A stretch of 64,000 nt of DNA from a virus (Duplodnaviria > Caudoviricetes), in the IMG/VR virus record IMGVR_UViG_2974632701_000001, positions 1 to 64,000 of that record, one strand, 5' to 3'. Position 1 is the first letter of the stretch. Each line of letters begins with the position of its first letter. The position numbers and the translations under genes are program-made. The notes beneath the pieces were generated by a model. It was given only the letters and a program-made list of their open reading frames with translations. It was not told where the DNA came from and did not search any database. This document shows positions 34,542 to 45,800 of this stretch, one piece after another.

Positions 34542-36729
34542 TTTCTATGATCTCTCTGTCATAGAGAACACGCCTCACAATCCTGCAATGCAAGAATTGG
34601 TTGATCTCCTGTGCCATCGCACAGGGAACGTCAATCGTGACTTCTTTCAGGCTGAGGTGGCGTATTTTCTTGGCCTGATCCCGTCTACCATGAGGTGCAA
34701 GATCCGTTCACCTGAACGTGGTCTCTTGCCTGTCAACATCTACTCCATTGCTCTGGCTACGTCAGGCTTTGGTAAGGGTCACTCTGTGAACCTGCTGGAA
34801 GATGTGCTCATGGGTTTCCGTGAAGCCTTCATGAAGGGAACCTTCAATCAACTGGCTGAAACCAACCTCTTCAACATGGCAGTGGATATCGCTGCTGCCA
34901 AAGGTGGGGATGAGCAAAAAGAGCTTGAGATCCTTGAAAGTGATTTCAAGAAACAAGGTCATGCGCCATTCATCTTCGACTCTGGTACTGGTCCTGCTGT
35001 GAAACAGCTTCGGTACAAACTGCTCTTGGCAGGTGCAGGCTCCATCAATTTCCAAATGGATGAGATGGGTTCTAACCTGTTGGGCAACAACGAAGTTCTC
35101 AACACACTGCTGGAGCTTTACGACCTTGGTAAGATCAAAGCCAAGCTCGTGAAGAACACTCCAGACAATGAACGTGGTCTGGATATTTCTGGTTCAACAC
35201 CAGCGAATGTCCTCATGTTTGGAACCAACTCCAAACTGTTCGATGGTGCCAAAATCGAAGAAGAGTTCTACTCGTTCCTTGCAACGGGTTATGCTCGACG
35301 CTGCTTCTTTGGTATGGGTCGAAGTGAGACGAAGTTTGCTCAGATCAACCCTGAAGATGTCTACCGTGGTCTAGTGTCTAAGAACCAATCTCAGACACTG
35401 ACTCGGTGGCAAACCTTCCTCGCCAAGTTTGCAGATCCTCGGTATCACAACATCGAACTCGATGTACCAGAGGATGTGGGTATCGAATTGATCAGCTATC
35501 GACTTCAGTCGGAAGCCATGGCCAATGAGATGCCTGAGCATGAGGAAATCCGAAAGGCTGAACTGTCGCATCGTTACTTCAAATCCCTGAAGCTCGCTGG
35601 AGTGTATGCTTTCTTGGACGAAAGTCCTGAAATCCAGATCCAGCATCTCAGACAAGCCATCAAGGTTGCTGAGGAATCAGGTGCATCTTTCCAAAAACTT
35701 CTGAAGCGTGAACGTAACTTCGTTCGATTGGCGAAATACATTGCGACCAGTCAGAACAACCTCACCCATGCAGACTTGGTTGAGGATCTCCCCTACTACC
35801 CTACCTCGACCGTCGCTCGTAAAGAGATGATGGACTTGGCTATGGCATGGGGTGTCAGCAATCATGTCGTGATCACCAAGAACGTGGTTCAACAGGTTGA
35901 GTTCTTCTCCGGCTCTATGCTGGAAGAGACTGACCTGAACAACCTCATCTTCTCTTTGAGTGATCACTTTGCTTATGACTATGAACCACAGAAGAGATCT
36001 TTGGAAAGTCTGGAGAAGCTCTTCAAGGCTCCCAATTACCATTGGGCAAATCACACCTTCGAAGAAGAACATCGTAGTGAAGACAAGGTAATCCCCGGCT
36101 TCAATATGATTGTCATCGACGTTGATGGTCATGAGCGAGACAAAGAAGGGAACGTCACTCGGAAAGGTCCAACGCTTGATCAGGTTCACTCCCTGCTTCA
36201 AGACTATACCTTTGCCACGTACACGACCAAAAGCCATACAGACGAAGAACATCGCTTCCGTCTGGTCATTCCGACCAACTATGTCCTTCATCTTGAGAAG
36301 GACGACTACAAGGAATTCATGGCTTCATTCGCAATGTGGCTTCCATTCCACTCAGACACTGCTGCAAACCAGCGTAGTCGAAAGTGGAGGACCAATCCAC
36401 TTGCACAAGTCCACATTAACCGTGGTCCGCAAGTGCTTGATGTTCTTCCATTTATCCCGAAAACCAAATCGAACAGCGAGTATGTTCAACAGATCGTTGA
36501 TCTGGGTAATCTGGATAATCTTGAGCGTTGGTTCTTGAACCACATGGACGTAGGGGGTAGGAACAACAACCTGCATAACTACGCCAAGATGCTGATGGAT
36601 GCAGGTGCTGACTACGACCAAATCGAAAAGAAAGTCCTGAAGCTCAATCAGGATTCTGGAACTCCCCTGAAGAAAGATGAAGTCTACTCGACCATTCTGA
36701 AATCAGTGGCTTCCAAGATGTCGAAGTAA
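34534..36729 (+). CDS. N4 gp43-like primase/helicase (DNS-like)
   Basis: SGFGKG, IDVDG, YTTKSH...RFRLVIP, C-terminal GRNNNL primase-C motif. Confidence 0.88.
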   Translation: MSNFYDLSVIENTPHNPAMQELVDLLCHRTGNVNRDFFQAEVAYFLGLIPSTMRCKIRSPERGLLPVNIYSIALATSGFGKGHSVNLLEDVLMGFREAFMKGTFNQLAETNLFNMAVDIAAAKGGDEQKELEILESDFKKQGHAPFIFDSGTGPAVKQLRYKLLLAGAGSINFQMDEMGSNLLGNNEVLNTLLELYDLGKIKAKLVKNTPDNERGLDISGSTPANVLMFGTNSKLFDGAKIEEEFYSFLATGYARRCFFGMGRSETKFAQINPEDVYRGLVSKNQSQTLTRWQTFLAKFADPRYHNIELDVPEDVGIELISYRLQSEAMANEMPEHEEIRKAELSHRYFKSLKLAGVYAFLDESPEIQIQHLRQAIKVAEESGASFQKLLKRERNFVRLAKYIATSQNNLTHADLVEDLPYYPTSTVARKEMMDLAMAWGVSNHVVITKNVVQQVEFFSGSMLEETDLNNLIFSLSDHFAYDYEPQKRSLESLEKLFKAPNYHWANHTFEEEHRSEDKVIPGFNMIVIDVDGHERDKEGNVTRKGPTLDQVHSLLQDYTFATYTTKSHTDEEHRFRLVIPTNYVLHLEKDDYKEFMASFAMWLPFHSDTAANQRSRKWRTNPLAQVHINRGPQVLDVLPFIPKTKSNSEYVQQIVDLGNLDNLERWFLNHMDVGGRNNNLHNYAKMLMDAGADYDQIEKKVLKLNQDSGTPLKKDEVYSTILKSVASKMSK

Positions 36730-36738
36730 GGAGACACC

Positions 36739-37473
36739 ATGTCCGACAACAACCCACACAGTATTCTGATCTGTGGCGAATCTGGTGCAGGGAAATCAAT
36801 GTCCCTGTACGAGATACGTGATCGGTCAGACGTACTGTACCTCAACTGCGAAGGCGGTAAGCCTTTGCCTTTCAAGAACAAATTCAAGAATCGAGTAGTC
36901 ACTGACCCTCTCGATATCTTGGATTGGCTTGAACAACTGGAAGAGTTGGGGGATCAAAACCCCTTCAATTTCGTGGTGATCGACACCATCAGTTTCATGA
37001 TGGATATGTTCGAGACCATCCACGTCATCAACTCTTCCAACTCCCAGAAGATGTGGGGTGAGTATGCTCAGTTCTTCAAACGACTGATCAACCAATCCTC
37101 GAAGGTCAATGCCTTCTTCATCTTCATTGGTCACTTGGACCGTGTACTTGACGAAGAGGAAGGTATCTTCCGAACCGCAGTACCTGTGAAGGGTGCTTTG
37201 GCCAAGAAAGGTCTGGAAGCCTATTTCACGACTGTCGTGAACGTAAGCAAACAGCCTATCAAAGAACTGATCAAAAGCCCCAACAGTCTGCTGACCATCT
37301 CTGAAGAGGATGAGGAGATTGGCTTCAAGCACGTCTTTCAGACTAGAACCACAAAGAAAACTCTGGGTGATCGAATTCGTTCACCTATGGGAATGTGGGA
37401 TCGGAGCGAATTGTACATCAACAATGACCTCGCTCCTGTCATCAAGCGCCTGCTCAAATACTACGAAGACTGA
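36739..37473 (+). CDS. Sak4-like AAA ATPase (N4 gp44-like)
   Basis: GESGAGKS, LNCEGGK, VIDTIS. Confidence 0.85.
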   Translation: MSDNNPHSILICGESGAGKSMSLYEIRDRSDVLYLNCEGGKPLPFKNKFKNRVVTDPLDILDWLEQLEELGDQNPFNFVVIDTISFMMDMFETIHVINSSNSQKMWGEYAQFFKRLINQSSKVNAFFIFIGHLDRVLDEEEGIFRTAVPVKGALAKKGLEAYFTTVVNVSKQPIKELIKSPNSLLTISEEDEEIGFKHVFQTRTTKKTLGDRIRSPMGMWDRSELYINNDLAPVIKRLLKYYED

Positions 37474-37529
37474 CTCTGCTTCGTTGGTTTGACCAAACCA
37501 AGTCCTCATGAAACAAGAAGGAATCCCTC

Positions 37530-38363
37530 ATGAGTAACATTTTCGCCAAGAAAAAACCCGCTGCCAAAGCTGAAGTCGAAGACGATTACGTTGGTGGTGG
37601 TGGCGTACTGGACACGGATATCTATCCGGCTGAAATCAAGTATGCCTACGTCGGGAAAGCTGCAAACAGCGAAGCCCGCAACCTGACTCTGTGTCTCAAG
37701 ATGAATGGCATGGATATTACCCGTCAGATCTGGATGACCAACCGTGATGGTGATGTCACCTATCAAGACAAGAAAACCAAGGAAGTGAAGAACCTTCCGG
37801 GTTTCAACCAAGTCAACGGTCTCTGCATGTTGCTGGCTTCGAAAGAAGTCGGGAATATGGATGTCGAAGAAAAGACCCTCAGCCTCTACGACTATGAGTC
37901 GAAGAAGGAAGTTCCGCAGGCAGTGGACTGCTTCGTGGAACTGCATGGCCTGAAACTTCAGGTGGCTGTCCAGCGTCAGACCGTGGACAAGACCGAGAAG
38001 AATGAATCCACTGGTGAGTATGAACCCACTGGTGATACTCGTGACACCAACGAGTTCATCAAGTTCTTCCCTGAAGACCGTCTGGTTACAATCAGCGAAG
38101 TTGCACACTTCATCAAGAGCCTTGGTGGTGACTTCGAAGACGTGCTGAACGACGGTGATCTGGGCAAAGCCATCTCCAAGATGCAAGAAGACGGTGACTA
38201 TGCCACGAAGTGGCTGGAAAAGAACCGTGGTCAAACTTGGGATCGTTCGACTGGCAAGAAGGAAGGCAAAGCCTTTGCTGGTGGCAAGTCGAGTGGTGCC
38301 AAAGCGTCGGGTGGTGGATCTACCGACAAAGCAAAAACGAAGTCGAGCCTGTTTGACGATTGA
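37530..38363 (+). CDS. ssb: Single-stranded DNA-binding protein (N4 gp45-like)
   Basis: Acidic N-terminal DDYVGGGGVLDTDIYPAEI, C-terminal SSLFDD, position after the AAA ATPase. Confidence 0.85.
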   Translation: MSNIFAKKKPAAKAEVEDDYVGGGGVLDTDIYPAEIKYAYVGKAANSEARNLTLCLKMNGMDITRQIWMTNRDGDVTYQDKKTKEVKNLPGFNQVNGLCMLLASKEVGNMDVEEKTLSLYDYESKKEVPQAVDCFVELHGLKLQVAVQRQTVDKTEKNESTGEYEPTGDTRDTNEFIKFFPEDRLVTISEVAHFIKSLGGDFEDVLNDGDLGKAISKMQEDGDYATKWLEKNRGQTWDRSTGKKEGKAFAGGKSSGAKASGGGSTDKAKTKSSLFDD

Positions 38364-39298
38364 GGCAAGAAGACTTCATAGAGCTTTTCGGTGAGGTGGT
38401 GGACTCGTACTCAGTGCGAGTCCCCACTTACGTTCATGTGAGTAAGAAAAACAATCAAGCTCTGAACCTGAACATCTACCGGAATCTCCATCACCATCAT
38501 CTTGATACACAAAAGAAAAACTTCGCAGATGAGGTGAAGCCATTACTGAGGGACAAGCCACGAGCAGAGAGGATCTGGATCCACTATACGATCTTCGCCT
38601 CAAGTAATCGGAGACTCGACACAATGAATGTCGGGTCCGTCACTGACAAGTATTTCAGTGATACGATGGTGGAAGCCGGAAAAATTCCTGATGATAACTA
38701 TAACCATATTGTCCTCTCGACTTTTTCCTTTGGTGGGGTGGTCTCAATTGGAGGCCATGCCATAGCAACCGTTCACATACTGAAACCAAAACAAGAGAAG
38801 GAGCCTGAGAACATGCGTATCTTGCTCGATCAAGATGACATTCAGAACGCACTCAACGCCTACGTGAAGACTCTTCAGTTTCCCAATGCGGATAAAGCTG
38901 AAGTCGAACTCTCCATCGAAGACGATGAGATCGTTGCTGAAGTCATCATAGGGGAAGCCCCTGTGAAAAACCGTGGTGGTCGTCCTCGGAAACTTACCCG
39001 AACCACGACCTCTGCAAAGAAGACTGAGGTGACTGAGGATGCTGCTGAAACTGATTCTGAAGGAGGTTGCGATAGCACTGCTTCAGGAGGCAGTGACGCA
39101 GCAGAGACAGACGCTGAAGAAGGAGAGGCAGAAGCTCCTGTACAGCCCGCCAAAAAGGAAGCCCCCTCGGGAAACCTTTTTGGGGACGAGGGAGACCAAT
39201 CCTCGGACTCCACAGCGGAAGCTGAAGATAGTCCCCCCAAAGGGAAAACGACTATTGTGAAGCCTGCCAAGAAGTCGAGCATCTTCGATGTTGACTAA
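38360..39298 (+). CDS. RusA-like resolvase fused in frame to an acidic/low-complexity protein (internal start ATG 38813)
   Basis: NLNIYRN, RRLDTMN...KYFSDTMV..G.IPDDN RusA-like motifs; internal AAGGAG RBS before MRILLDQ. Confidence 0.7.
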   Translation: MRQEDFIELFGEVVDSYSVRVPTYVHVSKKNNQALNLNIYRNLHHHHLDTQKKNFADEVKPLLRDKPRAERIWIHYTIFASSNRRLDTMNVGSVTDKYFSDTMVEAGKIPDDNYNHIVLSTFSFGGVVSIGGHAIATVHILKPKQEKEPENMRILLDQDDIQNALNAYVKTLQFPNADKAEVELSIEDDEIVAEVIIGEAPVKNRGGRPRKLTRTTTSAKKTEVTEDAAETDSEGGCDSTASGGSDAAETDAEEGEAEAPVQPAKKEAPSGNLFGDEGDQSSDSTAEAEDSPPKGKTTIVKPAKKSSIFDVD

Positions 39299-39479
39299 TA
39301 TCAGGCAGATCATCACAGCAATAGCAGGGGTGTTCATCACCCTTGCTTCTTTTTTCATCATTGCCCTTCTGGGAGCAATGGTGATGTTCGTGGGTTACTT
39401 CCTGATCTGGGGATTGATAGGGATTGCGGTTATCTCCTTCATCGTATTCCTTGTCTGGGCTTGGATCACAGACCCATGA
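39288..39479 (+). CDS. Small membrane protein
   Basis: 63 aa, almost entirely hydrophobic, two TM segments. Confidence 0.65.
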   Translation: MLTNIRQIITAIAGVFITLASFFIIALLGAMVMFVGYFLIWGLIGIAVISFIVFLVWAWITDP

Positions 39480-39485
39480 ACACCA

Positions 39486-39860
39486 ATACCTACGGGCTAT
39501 TAGCTCACTCGTGAGAGAGAGTAACTGCTCTCAAGAATCGGGACAAGTCGGCTCAACCTGTAGGTATCTCCCCTCCCTCGATTGGTGTGCTCCAGAAGAG
39601 GGAGGGGTTTTAGCTGGGAGCTAAATAGATAGTGAGGTCCGTTGATCGCGGACATGATCAACTCAGCAGCGTGCAAGTCCTGCCTCCCGGTCCATCAAAT
39701 TCAGATTGTCTTTGTTTGGATGGCTTCCAAAGAAAGACATTGGCCACCCGGTTGGTGCTCACCAAATTCCGGCGTTATAGGAACACCGACGATATAGGGA
39801 TTCTAAAGGCATGAGATGAAACTGTCTTGGAGACTTTGCCAAAGTCATCATCTCCGGGGA
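39486..39860 (+). ncRNA. Densely structured non-coding region (candidate ncRNA cluster)
   Basis: At least five long stems: 39486-39567, 39570-39607, 39614-39690, 39707-39739, 39814-39855. Confidence 0.5.
39614..39694 (+). tRNA. tRNA-like element with encoded CCA (atypical; nominal anticodon GAT)
   Basis: Acceptor CTGGGAG/CTCCCGG-T-CCA, arm GTCCG-TTGATCG-CGGAC, degenerate T-arm GCAGCG-TGCAAGT-CCTGC; D-arm non-canonical. Confidence 0.4.
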
Positions 39861-39864
39861 CTAA

Positions 39865-39889
39865 AGGGAAGGGTTAGCTACCCTTCCCT
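39865..39889. terminator. Hairpin at the convergence of middle and late transcription
   Basis: AGGGAAGGGT-TAGCT-ACCCTTCCCT, 8 nt beyond the vRNAP stop codon. Confidence 0.7.
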
Positions 39890-39897
39890 CCTCGTTA

Positions 39898-42800
39898 TTA
39901 CTGACCCCCATTCATCAGGTTGATCCATGGGTTCAATTCAGGTGCATCAAAGAGCATCTCGAACCCTGTGGCATAGTCCAACCGACCTTCAGCAATCACT
40001 ACCAAGATGTTGTCCGTGATTGGGCCACCAACATCGACCACTGAGTTGATAGCCAATGAACGAACCGGATTATCTCGCATCTGCTTTGCAGCAATCTTGA
40101 GAATACGGATCTTAAAGGCCATAAACCAAGTAAGACCATTCGACTCCAAACCGGAGCGAACACGACCCGGAAGCACAGAGAAGTTCACGAACTCTTCGTT
40201 GATCATGGCTGATGCTACCTCAGCACTAAGTCCCTGAGAAATCAGGTGGTCGTAGTAAATAGACTTAGCGATGAAGTCACCATACTGAGTTGCTCGATTG
40301 AGCACCTGATACAGTTTCGTAGACTTTGAAACCAATCCCACCTTCACGATGTCAGTAGCACGCTCTGGCAGACGTTCAGACAGCTTCTCGATGTAATCAC
40401 CAATCCGACCAGACGAGATGTCCACATCGAGATCAGTGATGCCTTCAGACAGGTTTTTGAACTGACCAGCTTCGATCATCGGAGCAATAGACATCTGCTT
40501 GTTCAGATCCTGAAGAACCTGAATACGGTCTTGCAGAATTTGCTTTTGGTTATCGTTCCGAGCAATCTTCATCTTCTGCTGAAGATCAATAATCTTGGTT
40601 CGGTTCTGAATGAACTCCTCAGCTTCAGCCAGCTTTGCACGATACCCTTTGGTGATCTGTTTCACAGGTACACCAGCATTGGCCAACTGCATGACGTTGG
40701 CTTGCACGTTGGCTACAGGAACCACGAGAGACCGAACCACGATGATGTCCTTGGCAGTCGATACAGCCCCTTGCAGAGCCTCTTCACCAGTGGAAAGCCA
40801 CCGCATAGCCTTACGACCCATGATCGCCTCAGTGGACGCCACGATAGCAGCCTGAAGTGGTTTCGGAATACGAGTCTTCCCTGACCACATATCAGTGATC
40901 GAAGGCTCACGATACCCAACGGCAAGGTTTACCATTGACCGTGGAACCATGAATCGACCTTCGAACTTCGATTCAATGTAGTTCTTCGTAGATTGAGGGA
41001 TCAGCTTCCATGATTCCTGATAGATCTTGTCTGAAGAACGCTTCATGTCTTCAAACTCAGCATCAGTCCCATTCGGACGCTTTTCCCACAGCTTATGAAG
41101 CTCATCAACCAGTTGCTTGTTGTACTGGTCAGCAAGGCTTTCTTCCACCTGACGACCAGCCCAAGCACCCAGCATCACTGCAAGGTTCTCTTCACGACCC
41201 AAGTGAAGGTTCTGCATCTCTTCTGAGATCGACCGTTCAAACCCAAGAACAGAACCATCACCAGCAAACACTGGCATCAGTGCTTCCTGTTCATTTTCCA
41301 GAACAGTATTTGGGTTCAGTTGGTTCTGAAGGATACGATCAACCGAAGAATCTCCAGTGATAAGACCAGCCACAGAATTACCCACAGTAAGACCAGTATT
41401 GGTATCCACACCCCGGTAGGTCATGGCTACATTCTGCATCACACCTTGTGAATATCCACCCTGACGACGGACAGTCGAGATGTAGTAAGACCGTGGGAAG
41501 ATGGAATCCGTTTCACCCTCATAAGGGATATCCAGTTTCACATAACCCATCCGCTCACGAGCATCTTTGTTCGTGTCCAAGTCCACAATGATCTGGGTGT
41601 TCTTCCGACCTTCATTCGGAATGTAACCCTTGTATCCATTCAGACGAGCCTGTTCAGTGATACCCGGTTTGGCTTCTTCTGCTTCATTCAGACCCTGAAT
41701 GTATGCCACCATAGAAGTCACACCATTAGGATCAGCCTGCCACAGTTGAACAACCTCTTCACGAGTCTGAGAATCCATTCGATCCAAAGCATAGACTGAC
41801 ACCAGTCGATCAATCTTGCTCACCATGTCCGGAGTACCTTCACCATCAAGGTTCTTCACGATGGCATAAGCATTCCGAACCAAGAGCTTACCAACAGACT
41901 GACCATTCATGAAGTCAGCCAGTTGCTTTGACTTGGCAATCACATCAGCCATAGCAGACCCTGAAAGAGTCTGAGCCAGATCTTGTTCAAGACGCTGGAT
42001 CTCATTGCGACGAGTCGCACTCTCTTCAAGGAACTTCATGGTTTGACGCATGTTGTCGAGGTTCACCAGTGCTGAAAAGTCAGTCTTAGCCAGTGTATCA
42101 AACATAGCTTTCCACTGTTCTTTCGTGGGCGGATTGATGAACTCACGTTCTAGAATACCGGGAAGATCTTCACGGTAAGCCTGACGCATACCCGACACAG
42201 CAGCATTCACTTTGTTAAGCAAATCAACCACTTTCGAGTTTTGCTTATCAGTACCCACGATCTCTGAAACCATTTCCCGAATAGGAACGATAGACAGCAC
42301 AGGCAGACCCATGTGAGTGATACGCTTAGTCGCCTCACCAGTCAGTTCCGTGTTCTTCTTGTCCAGCAGATTGGTTGCCAGAGTGACCGAAGACATCAGG
42401 AAAGGAATGACCTTTCCACGAGACTGAGCCTGAATGTCCTGATCCTTACGCAGCATCCAATCCGAAGTAGCTGACAGTTTGCCAGACACAAAGTTGTCAG
42501 CAGCCGTCAAAGACTCCGTAACACGCTTCAGCAGACGGAACTCTTTCTCCTTGTCATGATCAATGATGATTTTGGCAACAGCATCCAGCACCTCTTGAGG
42601 AGCATTGCTTTCATTCAGAGACCCCATCAGCTTCTTCATAGAGAAAGATGCAGCACGAGTCATGAAGTCCACCAGAGACCCTTCCACCGAAGCCTCAGCC
42701 TCTGGTGCAGGGATCTGTTCCAGAACAGCCCGGAATTTCTTCGAAGTCTGGCTCAGAGCAAACAGCACAGCAGCAGCATCTGACGTACCTTCGTTCTCGA

Positions 42801-45800
42801 TGGAACCAAAGGAATTCAGAACAGCAGAGTACGTCTGACGATCTTCAGGAGTCGAACCAAACATCTCAGGGGTCATGTTCTCAACAATGTGCTGGAACAC
42901 ACGGGTCAGAGCAATCCGAGCCGTAGCATCCAGTTTCATGTTTGACAGCATGATACCGTAGATCGCCTTGAAGGTTGAACGATCCTTGGAGTTTGCCAGC
43001 AAACCACCCTGACGAAGATCATTGATGACCTTCTCAGCATTGTAGATATCCCGACCAGTCTTCTGCTTTGCAGGACTATCCGTCACAAAGCTACGCATGT
43101 ACGCTTTGAGGTTTTCAATCCAGTAGTCAGAATGGTTTTCAAACGGACCTGAAGTCTCATCACCCGGATCATCCGGAGGAGGAGTATTCCCGTTACCACC
43201 ATCATCCACATTCGGTTCATTCAGAACACGAGTGTTGAAGACCACATGATCGAACATCGAAGCAGGCATTCCACCCAGCATCCGACGAAGCAAAGCCATA
43301 ACCTTGCTTCCGAAGTTTGCAATGACAGAGGCTTGCTTTGCAGCAGTCCGAACACGGCTGTTCGTCAGAACATAGGCCATGAATTCGTTCACAGCAGCAG
43401 CCTGATTGACAGGATCGTTACGAGCCATACGACGAGCAATGGCAGCTTGAGCTTCATTCATGGCTTTCCCATCCGATTGGATGTCCATGAATTCTTGCAT
43501 TAGCACTTCCAAACGAGCCACAGCAGGATTGGTCACACCTTCATAGTGATTCAGCACCAGCCCATAGGTTGCAGCATGAACCATCTCATGAAGCACTGAC
43601 TCATTCGTATCCACGCTCATGAACATCACGTTGTTCTTGAAGTCGTAGTTCGAAGGAGCTTTCAGCACGACACCATCATCAGGGAAGTTCTGTTGACGGT
43701 ATTCGTTCAACTGATCCAGCGTACCGAAGATCACCGTTACATCACCCATCAGAGGCTTGAGGATCTCCACAGCCTTCTTCTGATCAGGGGTCAGGTTACG
43801 CATGTTATCCAGCAGAGCTTTGGCCGTGGTAAATTCCACAGGCTTTTTCACATCTTTTGGTTTCGTGTCGTTGTTCATCTCTTTCTCAATCCGATGGTTT
43901 ACTTCAGAAAGAGTCCAAGTCTCCCCATCACGAGAGAAACCAACATCTGAACCGCCCATTTGATCGACAGACACAGCCATCTGCCGGAAGACTTTCTTCC
44001 GAGCACGGTTCTCTTTCAGACGCTTGGCCATTTCTGCTTGCAGATCTTCCGGCCCTTGGAAGAATTTCAAGGATTCCTTTTTGTTATCAGTCATCAGTTC
44101 AGCCCAGACATCATTCAGGATGTCCGAGTCCAGCTTATTAGACATAAACCCTTCGAAGTTCTGCACAGCCATGCCCAGAACATCTCGATCCCAAGACTTC
44201 AACACAGCCTCATTGATCTGAGGAGCATACTGTTTGATCTTGGAAACCGGAACGTCGATACCATCGAACACCGGAAGAACATCATTCGGTGCATTATCAG
44301 CACCAAAGATGAGGTTCATCATCATGGCATCCCCAGTACCAATCACAGCAAATGGAAGAGCACGAACTCCAACGTCATCAGGACGACGCATCCTTGCAGG
44401 AGTGACCAGCTTTTCATCAAAGTTCGAAGACAGACGAAGGTCGGTGAGTTTCTTATCGAAACCACCCACAGCCAAAGTCTGTTCATCAGATACGAAGATC
44501 GCACCCATCTGACTCAGACGATCTTCCAGTTCTTTGAAATACTTACGAGGAATCTCTCCCTTGTTTGGTTCACCTTTCTTGTTCCGCTTGATCGTACCTT
44601 CACGAGCCAGCTTCTCAGCCAGCAGATTGATCTCACGATCAAACAGCTTCTGAAGATACTTGGACTGAATGTTCGTAGACAGCACCAGCATATCATTCAG
44701 TTGTTCAATACGATGTCCCAGAACCTGACGAGTAGCATTCGTCAGAACCTTACCAACCGTAAACTGGATCGACTTCCGGAATGCTTCCACCTGATCATTT
44801 GAGAACACAAAGTTCTTGTCGAAACTGTTAGGCAGTTTCAGACCCAGAGTTTCCATATCCTTCAGAACACCCGGATAGTAGTAGGTATCCCAATCTGCAT
44901 TCTCTGGCATGTCCTGAAGTTTCTCATAGAACTCCAGCAGCATGTCATCAGCCACACCAATAGCCACGCCTTGAACCCCAGAACCATAGTTTACCTTGGT
45001 CATTGGGTTCTTGGCAGTGTTACGGGTCATCCAGAAATCACCCGTAGTGGTGTCCATTTCGAAGTTACCAAAAGCCGAAGCCAGACGACCAGCAGCTTTC
45101 CGTTGCTCTTGTTGCCAAGGCTTCAGGAACTTCAGATCTCCAGTCATCATTTGATCACCCAACTGGGAAACCATCTCATAGAGATCTTTTTCCTTATTGG
45201 TGAAGAACTTGGTTACAGTCATTGCAGTGGTTCCAAGGAAGTAACCCACACGCTTGAAGTTGCCCCAGTCTTCAGGGGTCATCAAACCATGACCAAAGTT
45301 AATCATCATGTTGGCTGCACCATTGGTCAGGCCATCAAGCTCAAAGCTCAAAGCCGTCTCAAACGTGGCATCACCACGTTCCATAGCCAGTTCACGAACT
45401 GCCACAGCCTCGATAGCAGCCAGCACAGCAGGTTCCACTTGACCCACTTCAGCAAGGAAAGCATCAGAGTCAAACTCTCCACCTTCCAGCATAGTTTTTA
45501 CCATATCCACAGCATTGCCATACTTCGTATTGAAGGTCTCAATGGCAGCCGGAAGATGAGTTGCATGGTCCTTCTTCTCTGCTTTGAACAGATCAGCTTG
45601 CTGCACCACACCCAGCCAGAATGCCTGAGTATCGTCAGCATCAGTCGTAGACAGCACTGACCGCTGAGGTGCCACCACATACCGCATCAGCTTGTTGTTC
45701 TGCGGGTTTGGACCCTGCATCTGATGACGACCGACTTGCGTTACCCCAACCGGAAAGAAAACCTCTGAGGCTTGCTGTTCCATCATCCCATTTACGAGAT

